Source of the DNA: an uncultured Acidobacteriota bacterium
Lineage (GTDB): Bacteria; Acidobacteriota; UBA6911
Length of the DNA: 64,000 bases
Direction: 5' to 3'
NCBI GenBank assembly: GCA_963827655.1
Contig: CAWHCF010000049.1
Location: forward strand, 256,001-320,000
The position numbers and the translations under genes were made by a program. This document shows, piece after piece, positions 56,065-64,000 of this stretch. Below the pieces are notes generated by a model, which was not told where the DNA came from, searched no databases, and saw nothing but the letters and a program-made list of their open reading frames with translations. The first letter of the stretch is position 1, and the number at the start of each line of letters is the position of its first letter.

Positions 56065-56283
56065 ATGCCGAAAGAGGAAGCCATTGAAGTTGTTGGGACC
56101 GTTGTGGAAACGCTTCCCAATGCCATGTTCAGGGTTGAGCTCGAGAATAAGCACGTGGTTTTGGCGCACATTTCGGGAAAGATGCGCAAGAACTTCATTC
56201 GCATTCTCCCCGGTGACAAGATCCTGGTCGAACTTTCTCCTTACGATCTCTCCCGCGGCCGGATCGTCTATCGCTATAAGTAG
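56065..56283 (+). CDS. infA: Translation initiation factor IF-1
   Basis: [27 protein letters not shown]. Confidence 0.98.
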   Translation: MPKEEAIEVVGTVVETLPNAMFRVELENKHVVLAHISGKMRKNFIRILPGDKILVELSPYDLSRGRIVYRYK

Positions 56284-56354
56284 CGCCTGGATTGTTCATT
56301 CGCTCCTTGCGGCTCCTGAGACGCAAGGACATGCAGTGGAAAGTAGAAACATTC

Positions 56355-56468
56355 ATGAAGGTAAGAGCATCAGTCAAGAAAATGTGTAACAAGTGCAAGG
56401 TGGTTCGCCGGAAGGGCGTGGTTCATATTCGGTGCGCCAACCCTAAGCATAAACAGAGGCAGGGGTAA
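56355..56468 (+). CDS. rpmJ: 50S ribosomal protein L36 (below the ORF-track cut-off)
   Basis: Hand translation [37 protein letters not shown]. Confidence 0.97.
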   Translation: MKVRASVKKMCNKCKVVRRKGVVHIRCANPKHKQRQG

Positions 56469-56536
56469 GAGTCTCTTTTGTCTGATGTGCCCGTAGGAGC
56501 CATGGGTATCGAAAGGACGAAAAGGGGAGGTTAGGT

Positions 56537-56899
56537 TTGGCTAGAATCGCGGGAGTGGATTTGCCGCTCAACAAGCGGGCGCAGATCGCCCTTACCTATA
56601 TTTTTGGAATTGGTAAGAGCCGCGCAACCAAGATCTGCCAGGAGGCAAAGGTCTCCTTGGAGACTAAAGTAAAAAACCTCACGGAAGATGAGACGGTCCG
56701 GATTCGCAACATAATTCAGAGAGAAGGCATGGTCGAAGGCGACCTGCGCAAATCGGTCTCCATGGATATCAAGCGTCTCATGGAAATCGGATGCTACCGC
56801 GGGTTGCGCCACCGACGCGGACTTCCGGTCCGGGGACAGCGGAGTCGTACCAACGCCCGGACGCGCAAGGGTCCGCGCCGGATTGTCGGCAAAAAGTAG
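56537..56899 (+). CDS. rpsM: 30S ribosomal protein S13
   Basis: [27 protein letters not shown]. Confidence 0.98.
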   Translation: MARIAGVDLPLNKRAQIALTYIFGIGKSRATKICQEAKVSLETKVKNLTEDETVRIRNIIQREGMVEGDLRKSVSMDIKRLMEIGCYRGLRHRRGLPVRGQRSRTNARTRKGPRRIVGKK

Positions 56900-56935
56900 C
56901 ACTACTTGGTTCCAGGTGCGCAAGGAGGGAGGAGA

Positions 56936-57343
56936 ATGGCGGAGAAGCTGAAAAAAACAGGTAAGAAGAAGGTGGGTAAAAAGCGCGAGAAAGTGAATAT
57001 CCCGGCAGGGATCGCCCACATCCTCGCTACCTTCAATAACACAATCATCACTATCACCGACCTCGAGGGTAACCTCCTGGCCAACTGCAGCTCAGGCGCG
57101 GTAGGCTTCAAAGGATCGCGCAAGGGAACGCCGTTCGCGGCGCAGCAGGCTGCGGCCAAGGCGGCCAACGCAGCCCGGGAATACGGGATGCGTTCGTTGC
57201 AGGTGCATCTCAAGGGTCCCGGAGCGGGTCGTGAATCTGCCATTCGCGCGCTGCAAGCAGCCGGACTGGAGGTGAAGTCTATCCGGGACATTACACCGAT
57301 CCCGCACAACGGCTGCCGCCCTCCAAAGCGCCGGCGAGTGTAA
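56936..57343 (+). CDS. rpsK: 30S ribosomal protein S11
   Basis: [33 protein letters not shown]. Confidence 0.98.
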   Translation: MAEKLKKTGKKKVGKKREKVNIPAGIAHILATFNNTIITITDLEGNLLANCSSGAVGFKGSRKGTPFAAQQAAAKAANAAREYGMRSLQVHLKGPGAGRESAIRALQAAGLEVKSIRDITPIPHNGCRPPKRRRV

Positions 57344-57432
57344 CACCAGTCCTTTGGCGTCTTTGCGCTTTCGTGGTTAATGGTGATCACGAAGACCGCT
57401 GAGGATGAAAAGCCTCCAAGAGGAGAAGTGAT

Positions 57433-58068
57433 TTGGCAAGATATCGTGGAGCTAAGTGCCGTTTGTGCCGGCGGGAAGGGATGAAGCTCTTCCTGAAAGG
57501 GGACCGATGCTTCAAAGACACCTGCGCCATTGAAAAACGCAACTGGCCTCCGGGTCAGCATGGGCGGGACCATCGCCCCAAAACCGCCGCCGGTTATGGC
57601 GTGCAATTGCGCGAAAAACAGAAGGTAAAACGCATCTATCGTGTGCTGGAGAATCAGTTTTCCAACTACTTCAGCAAGGCTGAGAAGAAAAAAGGGATTA
57701 CGGGTGAAACTCTGCTCCTTAGCCTGGAACGTCGTCTCGACAACGTCGTATGCCGCCTTGGATTTGCCACTTCGCGCGATCAAGGCAAGCAGCTGGTCAC
57801 CCACGGCCACGTCCGGGTCAACGATAGGAAGGTAGACATTCCCTCCTACCAGGTCAACGCCGGGGACGTCATTACGCTGGGGGAGCCGGCCAGGAAGATG
57901 CAGCAAATCCTCGATTCAGTGGCCTCCGTGAGCGGGCGCGGTGGGGTTCCGGCATGGCTTCAGCTTGATGCGGACAACCTCAAAGGCACGGTGGCCTCCT
58001 TGCCACGGCGAGATGATGTCCAGATGCCTATCGACGAGCAGCTCATTGTCGAACTCTATTCAAAGTGA
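57433..58068 (+). CDS. rpsD: 30S ribosomal protein S4
   Basis: CRLCRREG, QLREKQK, LERRLDN, IVELYSK. Confidence 0.98.
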   Translation: MARYRGAKCRLCRREGMKLFLKGDRCFKDTCAIEKRNWPPGQHGRDHRPKTAAGYGVQLREKQKVKRIYRVLENQFSNYFSKAEKKKGITGETLLLSLERRLDNVVCRLGFATSRDQGKQLVTHGHVRVNDRKVDIPSYQVNAGDVITLGEPARKMQQILDSVASVSGRGGVPAWLQLDADNLKGTVASLPRRDDVQMPIDEQLIVELYSK

Positions 58069-58175
58069 AAAAACCGGTGTCCAGTCTTTGGGAGACGTGT
58101 GTCAGGTACTACCAACGTCTAGCCTGATATGCCTGACGCCCGAATCCTTGGCACCTGAAGGGGAGAAAGAGAAAT

Positions 58176-59165
58176 ATGAGTAAGGGTTTTCAAAAGCCAA
58201 AAAGGTTAATCTGTGAACTGGAAACGCTGAGCCCCACATACGGTCATTTTTTCGCTCAGCCCTTTGAAAGGGGTTTTGGCACCACGATCGGCAATGCCCT
58301 GCGCCGCGTGCTGCTTTCGTCGATCGAAGGAGCGGCCATCACAGCGGTCAAGATTGAAGGGGTGCTGCACGAGTTCACCCCGATTCCCAACGTAACCGAG
58401 GATGCTACAAACATCATCATGAACTTGAAGCAAATCCCGCTCAAGCTCCACGTGGACCATGCCAAGACAATCTTTCTCGATGCCGAACAGCCGGGCGAGG
58501 TGAAGTCTGGCAATATCACCCCGGACCCGGACATCGAGATTCTGGATCCCAACGTCCATATAGCCACGATCGGCGAAGGGGGGAAACTCAAGATCGAGAT
58601 GCGCATCAGGAACGGGCGTGGATATGTGCAGGCGGACGAAAACTTCGAAGAAGACCTGCCAATCGGTTACATTCCTCTCGACAGCGTCCATTCCCCTATA
58701 AAGCGCGTAAATTATACAGTAGAAGCCGCGCGCCTGGGTCAGACGACGGACTACGACAAACTGGTACTCGACGTCTGGACGAATGGGTGCATCATTCCGC
58801 AGGACGCGATCGCCCAGGCCGCCAAGATCGTCAAAGATCACATGTTTATTTTTATTAACTTCGAGGAACAACCCGAAGAACAGGAAGAAGAGGTCGATCG
58901 CGAAGCCGAGCGCATGTATGACAACCTCAAACGTTCCGTCGAAGAGCTGGAGCTTTCAGTAAGATCCTACAACTGCCTGAAGAATGCGGACATCAAAACC
59001 ATCGGTCAGTTGGTGCAGAAAACCGAAGCCGAGATGCTGAAGACCAAAAACTTCGGTCGCAAGTCTCTGAACGAGATCAAAGAGATTCTCTCTGAAATGG
59101 GTCTGTCGTTCGGGATGAAGCTGAGCGACGATGGGCGACCGATGCCGCCCTCCAAGGCCGAATAG
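58176..59165 (+). CDS. rpoA: RNA polymerase subunit alpha
   Basis: [40 protein letters not shown]. Confidence 0.98.
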   Translation: MSKGFQKPKRLICELETLSPTYGHFFAQPFERGFGTTIGNALRRVLLSSIEGAAITAVKIEGVLHEFTPIPNVTEDATNIIMNLKQIPLKLHVDHAKTIFLDAEQPGEVKSGNITPDPDIEILDPNVHIATIGEGGKLKIEMRIRNGRGYVQADENFEEDLPIGYIPLDSVHSPIKRVNYTVEAARLGQTTDYDKLVLDVWTNGCIIPQDAIAQAAKIVKDHMFIFINFEEQPEEQEEEVDREAERMYDNLKRSVEELELSVRSYNCLKNADIKTIGQLVQKTEAEMLKTKNFGRKSLNEIKEILSEMGLSFGMKLSDDGRPMPPSKAE

Positions 59166-59210
59166 AGACGCCGGGAAAAACCGCGAGCGAATGAACGGCG
59201 AAGGGGATTT

Positions 59211-59687
59211 ATGAGACACCGGGTTGCCGGGAGGAAGCTGGGACGAAAAACCGCCCATCGTAGGGCGATGTTTCGCAACATGGTGACCTCCTTTCTCGAC
59301 AAGGAGCGCATCCGCACCACTCTGCCCAAGGCCAAAGAGCTGCGCCCGATCGCCGAACGGATGATTACACTGGGCAAGCGTGAGTCGCTCCATGCCCGGC
59401 GTCAAGCCCTGGCGTTCATCAAAGACACCGCGGTCGTCACCAAGTTGTTTGAAATACTGGCCCCGCGTTTCGCCCAGCGCAACGGCGGCTACACTCGGAT
59501 TATTCGACTGGGGTTTCGTCAGGGGGATGGGGCTTCGATGGCGATCCTCGAGCTGCTCGGAAGCGAGTTCAAATCCGACAAGGCCGAGGATGAAAAGGGG
59601 AAAAAGAAGGCTAAGAAGAAGGCAGCCGCCCCATCCAAAGAACCCGAAGCCAAACGGACCAAGAAAGAAAAGGCCGCCAAGGATTGA
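59211..59687 (+). CDS. rplQ: 50S ribosomal protein L17
   Basis: MRHR...[18 protein letters not shown]; Lys-rich tail; stop supplied by GATTGA. Confidence 0.97.
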   Translation: MRHRVAGRKLGRKTAHRRAMFRNMVTSFLDKERIRTTLPKAKELRPIAERMITLGKRESLHARRQALAFIKDTAVVTKLFEILAPRFAQRNGGYTRIIRLGFRQGDGASMAILELLGSEFKSDKAEDEKGKKKAKKKAAAPSKEPEAKRTKKEKAAKD

Positions 59688-59765
59688 CGATTTACGATTG
59701 ACGATTGGACGATTGAAGAATGACGACCGGGTTTTTAACTGTCAGTGGTTGAGTTCAATCGTCAT
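59682..59765. repeat. Inverted GATTGAC cassette at the end of the alpha operon
   Basis: GATTGACGATTTACGATTGACGATTGGACGATTG...TTCAATCGTCA, overlapping both convergent stop codons. Confidence 0.85.
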
Positions 59766-60358
59766 TCGAACGTTCTTCGCAGCTCGATATCATCCGAAGA
59801 GCCCAGCTTGCCATCGGGTCCGGCCGAGACCAGACGCAGGGCCTTGGGCCCCAGCCTGTAAGCCGCCAGGGGACGCCGCCAGGCGTCCTCTCGAATCAGT
59901 GAAGTCATATAATCGGGATTCAGTGAATTCGACAGCGAAATGTAGTCGGTGAACTCGGGCAGGATGCCGTTCTTGGTCCGGTATTTTTCGGCTGCTGCGG
60001 CGACCTGCTCCAGAAGCTTTTGCGTATCCGCGCTTTTCACTTGATCGAGTGCCCGTAGCACACTGTCGAGTTTCACCCACTCGCCGTTGCCTAAACGCAC
60101 TTCCTGAATCACCCAATTTCCCTGTATCCTCTCCAGCTTGAAGGCGACCCGAACCCCTGCCACCGCAATTGCGTGATTTGCTCCGGTCTGGCTTACCGAA
60201 TGGATCGATATATCGTCCTTGTCGAAGACCCCTTCGGGTAACGAAACAATCAGATCGTGAGCCATTTTCTTATTGATCGACCTGGCGGCGCAGGCGCCGA
60301 TAGACAGGATCAGGAGAAGGAATAAAACCGCCCGGCAGACGCTGATACCGAATCGCAT
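59762..60358 (-). CDS. Putative lipoprotein with GspG (T2SS G)-like C-terminal domain
   Basis: Lipobox-like IGAC; C-terminal DAWRRPLAAY...LVSAGPDGKLGSSDDI. Confidence 0.65.
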   Translation of the reverse strand: MRFGISVCRAVLFLLLILSIGACAARSINKKMAHDLIVSLPEGVFDKDDISIHSVSQTGANHAIAVAGVRVAFKLERIQGNWVIQEVRLGNGEWVKLDSVLRALDQVKSADTQKLLEQVAAAAEKYRTKNGILPEFTDYISLSNSLNPDYMTSLIREDAWRRPLAAYRLGPKALRLVSAGPDGKLGSSDDIELRRTFE

Positions 60359-60464
60359 CGCGCCAAAATATAACAAAGCGGCTGAAAGATTCTTAGCGTT
60401 TCTTCGTGTCTTTGCGTCTTCGTGGTTGATTTTGTTCGGCTGTGAATCTGGCATAATGCGTGCC

Positions 60465-62630
60465 ATGCCGACCTTTCGAGCAGAGCCGGCTCCGGGGATA
60501 TTGCGCCTTGATACTCCGGTCCAATACATAAAAGGTATTGGGCCCCGGCGAGCGGAACAACTCTTGGCCCTCCAGATCCAAACAGTGGCAGATTTGCTGA
60601 ATCATTCGCCGCTCCGTTACGAGGATCGCTCCGAGTATCGCTCGCTCAGCATGCTTCGCGACGGAGAGTGGATTCTCACGCGCGGACGCATTCTCAGCGT
60701 GGGCAATCATCTGATTCGCCGAGGCGGGATGTCAGTCTTCGAAATGCTGGTGGGCGATGACAAGGGGAGAATAAGGCTCAAGTTCTTCAACCAGCCTTAT
60801 CTGCGTCAGGTCTTTCGCGAAAAGTTGAATCTGGTCGTTTACGGCCAGGTCAAGCGCGACAGCTATTCCGGAGGGTCTCTCTGCTTCATCAATCCCGAGT
60901 GTGAGATTGTCGAAGATGAGGGAAAGGAGTCGGTTCACACGGGCCGCGTGGTGCCGATTTACCGAAGACTTGGCGATACTAGAGGGCGGGCGCTGCGTCA
61001 GATCATGCACAATATCGTATCGAACCTGCCTCGGGACATAAGCGATCCGCTACCGTCCTACGTGCGCAAGAAGTACCGTTTGCTGCCCCGAAATGAGGCC
61101 TTGGCGCGGGTGCATTTTCCCGAGCTGCGCGCCGCATCGGCGACGGACCGTGCCAGGGCCCTCGAGGCGCTCAATCGCGGAGTCTCACCCGCGCACAAGC
61201 GGCTGATCTTTGAAGAGCTATTCCAGCTTCAGGTCGGCATTCGCATGGTCCGGGCGGGGCGAATAAAAATCTCAAAAGATCGCAGGATCCAGCTGAGTGA
61301 AAGTGTTCGAGATGCAATCAAGAAAATTCTCCCGTTTCATCCCACTGGGGCCCAGAAGCGCGTCTTGAAAGAGGTGGCCGACGATATGCGCTCGGCTCGC
61401 CCGATGAGCCGGCTCTTGCAGGGGGACGTGGGCTCGGGCAAGACCATCGTGGCGGCCCAGGCCGCCATTATTGCCGTAGAGAATGGCTTTCAGGTCGCGG
61501 TGATGGCGCCGACCGAGATCCTGGCCGAGCAGCACTATTTCAACTTTCGCCGGCTCCTGGCACCCATCGACTATCACGTGGACTTGCTGAAAGGGAAGAT
61601 GCGGGCGAAGGAGAAGCGCGACGTTCTGGAGCAAGTCCGGGCCGGAAAGACTCAGATCATCATCGGCACGCACGCGCTCATACAGCAAGGGGTCGAGTTC
61701 TTCAACCTGGCGCTGGTGATCATCGATGAGCAGCACCGCTTCGGAGTCATGCAACGGAACGTGCTGAAAGAGAAGGGAAGGCAGGCGGATGCGTTGGTAA
61801 TGACAGCGACTCCCATTCCCCGTTCTCTGGCGTTGACGCTCTACGGAGATCTGGATGTTTCGGTAATCGATGAGCTGCCGCCTGGCCGGAAACCCATCGA
61901 GACCTGGTGGCTCGATGAGACCCAACGCCGGCGAGCTTATCAACAGATGCAACGGACCGTATCCGAAGGACACCAGGTCTATGTGGTTTACCCGCTGGTA
62001 GAGGAATCGGAAAAGTCTGATCTACGCGCCGCGACGGAAATGGCGGAGAGCCTGAGACACAAGGTCTTCCCGAACTTTCGCATCGGCCTGCTTCACGGAA
62101 GAATGAAGAGCTCCGAAAAGGAGCAGATCATGACCGCGTTTTCCCGCGGAGAGCTTCAGATTCTCGTTTCCACTACGGTCATTGAAGTAGGGGTCGACGT
62201 AGCCAACGCGACCTTGATGGTAATCGAGCATGCGGAGCGGTTCGGCCTGGCTCAGCTGCATCAATTGCGCGGCCGCGTGGGGCGCGGCGCCGCTCAGTCT
62301 TTATGTATTCTGGTGGCAGACGTGAGAAACAACCCGGAAGTTCAGCGCCGCCTGGAGATCATGTGCGAGACCAACGACGGTTTCCGAATCGCCGAGGTGG
62401 ACCTCGAGCTCCGGGGACCCGGGGAAGTGATGGGAACCCGCCAATCCGGTGTCCCGGTATTCAACTATGCCAACCTGGTACGAGACCGTAGAGCGCTGGA
62501 GCTGGCGCGCCTCGAGGCTGATCGTTTTCTCGATATCCTGAGCGGTGGTCCGGATGATGAGTGCCGTCAGATCGCCGCCATGATCCGCCATCGATGGCGG
62601 GACCGCTACGGGCTGGCTCTTGTCGGGTAA
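60465..62630 (+). CDS. recG: ATP-dependent DNA helicase
   Basis: QGDVGSGKT, DEQHRFG, MTATPIPR, QLHQLRGRVGRG, DLELRGPGE. Confidence 0.97.
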   Translation: MPTFRAEPAPGILRLDTPVQYIKGIGPRRAEQLLALQIQTVADLLNHSPLRYEDRSEYRSLSMLRDGEWILTRGRILSVGNHLIRRGGMSVFEMLVGDDKGRIRLKFFNQPYLRQVFREKLNLVVYGQVKRDSYSGGSLCFINPECEIVEDEGKESVHTGRVVPIYRRLGDTRGRALRQIMHNIVSNLPRDISDPLPSYVRKKYRLLPRNEALARVHFPELRAASATDRARALEALNRGVSPAHKRLIFEELFQLQVGIRMVRAGRIKISKDRRIQLSESVRDAIKKILPFHPTGAQKRVLKEVADDMRSARPMSRLLQGDVGSGKTIVAAQAAIIAVENGFQVAVMAPTEILAEQHYFNFRRLLAPIDYHVDLLKGKMRAKEKRDVLEQVRAGKTQIIIGTHALIQQGVEFFNLALVIIDEQHRFGVMQRNVLKEKGRQADALVMTATPIPRSLALTLYGDLDVSVIDELPPGRKPIETWWLDETQRRRAYQQMQRTVSEGHQVYVVYPLVEESEKSDLRAATEMAESLRHKVFPNFRIGLLHGRMKSSEKEQIMTAFSRGELQILVSTTVIEVGVDVANATLMVIEHAERFGLAQLHQLRGRVGRGAAQSLCILVADVRNNPEVQRRLEIMCETNDGFRIAEVDLELRGPGEVMGTRQSGVPVFNYANLVRDRRALELARLEADRFLDILSGGPDDECRQIAAMIRHRWRDRYGLALVG

Positions 62631-62685
62631 AAACCGGGGTCGTCTCCCGGGTTTCGACGAGCCTCTCCAGCTTCCAGGAACAAGG

Positions 62686-62712
62686 AAAACCAGGGGGCTG
62701 CCCCTGGTTTTT
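62686..62712 (+). terminator. Intrinsic terminator-like hairpin after recG
   Basis: AAAACCAGGGG-GCTG-CCCCTGGTTTTT; unusually close to the rsmD start. Confidence 0.45.
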
Positions 62713-62719
62713 CAATGCT

Positions 62720-63265
62720 ATGCGAGTGATCTCTGGAAAGTTTCGCGGCAGGAAGTTACGAGGCCCGCGGGGCTTTCGCCTGCGCCCTACCAGTGATCGC
62801 CTCAAGGAAACCCTCTTCGACATCCTCGGTCCGGCGGTTTCTGGCACAGTTTTCCTGGATGTTTTTGCCGGGACCGGTGCGGTTGGCTTGGAAGCGTTGA
62901 GTCGCGGGTCGCGCGAGGTCATCTTCATCGAATCCAGCGGCGAAGCCGCCGATCTCATTCGCCGGAATCTCGAGCTCTGCGGTGTTAGCACGGCGTATCG
63001 CATCATCGAGCGCGATGTTTTTGCAGCTCTCCGTGCCCTGGGCCGGCAGGGTTTTCGTGCGGATACGGTTTTCTTGGACCCTCCATACGAGTGGCAAGCC
63101 TATCATGACCTCTTAGACAATGTTTTTCGCGCGGGCCTTGTGGACCGCCAATCGCGCGTTATTGTTGAGCATCACTGCAAGGCCGCCCTTCCGGGGGACG
63201 CCGAGAGGTTTGAGCGGACTCGCATCGTTCGCCAGAGTGACAAGTGTCTCAGCTTCTACCCGTGA
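62720..63265 (+). CDS. rsmD: 16S rRNA m2G966 methyltransferase
   Basis: MRVISGKFRGR, RPTSDRLKETLF, DVFAGTGAVGLEALSRG, FLDPPY. Confidence 0.95.
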   Translation: MRVISGKFRGRKLRGPRGFRLRPTSDRLKETLFDILGPAVSGTVFLDVFAGTGAVGLEALSRGSREVIFIESSGEAADLIRRNLELCGVSTAYRIIERDVFAALRALGRQGFRADTVFLDPPYEWQAYHDLLDNVFRAGLVDRQSRVIVEHHCKAALPGDAERFERTRIVRQSDKCLSFYP

Positions 63266-63652
63266 AGAATTGAAAATTTGACCCTCTCTCCGGCGATGTT
63301 AAGGGGAGAGGTGGACACCGGGCGCCATTGATCGTTGAAAACTGACAATTAGAAAAGTGATCTTCGTGTGTCACTTTCTTTCGAAAAAGTTGATCAATTC
63401 TACCGACCCGGTCTGAGCTGCGTTTCTGACCAGGCTGATTTCGCCGGGACTTACGGCTCCCCCGGTGTGGTCCCAAAAGTGCATGGCCTGAAACCGTCCG
63501 CGTTCCCATGCGTTTCTTGTTGTCTCCGCGCCTTCGTGATGAGTGCGGCATGACCAAAGTCGGCCACCAAGACAGGAAGACTCGAAGAAGTGCGAAGAAC
63601 CTTGATGGGATAAACGGCAACGGAAACGCGAACGTTTACTCTGGAAGGCGGT

Positions 63653-64000
63653 ATGAACCGTAAGCGAATCACACTCACGCTGGTGGTTCTGCTGGCGCTA
63701 TTGGTCACTTTGGCGAGGCCTTTTGGCGAGCCGCGCCCGTGCTCTATCTGCTGTATCCGGCCGGAATCCTCCTTGGCGTGCTGTGCGGATGGCTGTGGGT
63801 CTTAGTTTCCTGCACTGGCGCAGGCCGGCTTTGATGATAATGCTCGCTGCAGTGCTCCTGTCGCTATTACGGGCTCCGCCGCGAACACCTGGACTTGCTT
63901 TTACTTCAGGCATCAAGAACCTTGAAGTTCGTCTGCCCTGCGGACGCAACACCGCGCGCTTTGATCGGCTTCGGCTTCGGCTGCATCCTTGGGGTCTCTG
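63653..64000 (+). CDS. Probable membrane protein fragment (frame-broken, runs off the window)
   Basis: ATG 63653 MNRKRITLTLVVLLALLV; hydrophobic segments continue in alternate frames. Confidence 0.3.

Noticed and set aside
63275-63312. CCCTCTCTCC...GGGGAGAGG hairpin as another REP family
   Set aside because: Single degenerate copy in the window; cannot be told apart from a terminator stem

Overview
Core-genome window of a GC-rich bacterium, most likely Acidobacteriota (inferred from SecY and L6 insertions, the ArgS type, and Tat-tagged catabolic enzymes). It holds a divergent pyrimidine cluster (pyrF-pyrD-pyrK <> pyrR-pyrB-pyrC), selB <> ffh-rpsP-khpA-rimM-trmD-rplS, an accessory stretch (two ECF sigma/anti-sigma pairs, an AlkZ-like glycosylase plus an orphan DGQHR protein, a PD-(D/E)XK nuclease, larC, tatD, PBP1A, ssb), the str/S10/spc/alpha ribosomal superoperon, recG and rsmD. 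Several genes, including essential rpsG, rplF and secY, have single-base frameshifts best explained as sequencing indels. Most unusual signals: (1) tuf has an extreme G-ending codon bias with a sharp 3' boundary, unlike its neighbours. (2) Inverted heptamer arrays (GATTGAC)n...(GTCAATC)n, plus related heptamer and octamer families, sit at gene junctions and often supply stop codons; at one site two different cassettes are stacked between duplicated gene-end arms. (3) A duplicated ssb leader brackets a three-gene ECF module next to rpsL. (4) An ~85-bp MITE-like element occurs twice. No rRNA, tRNA, CRISPR array or transposase gene was recognised.
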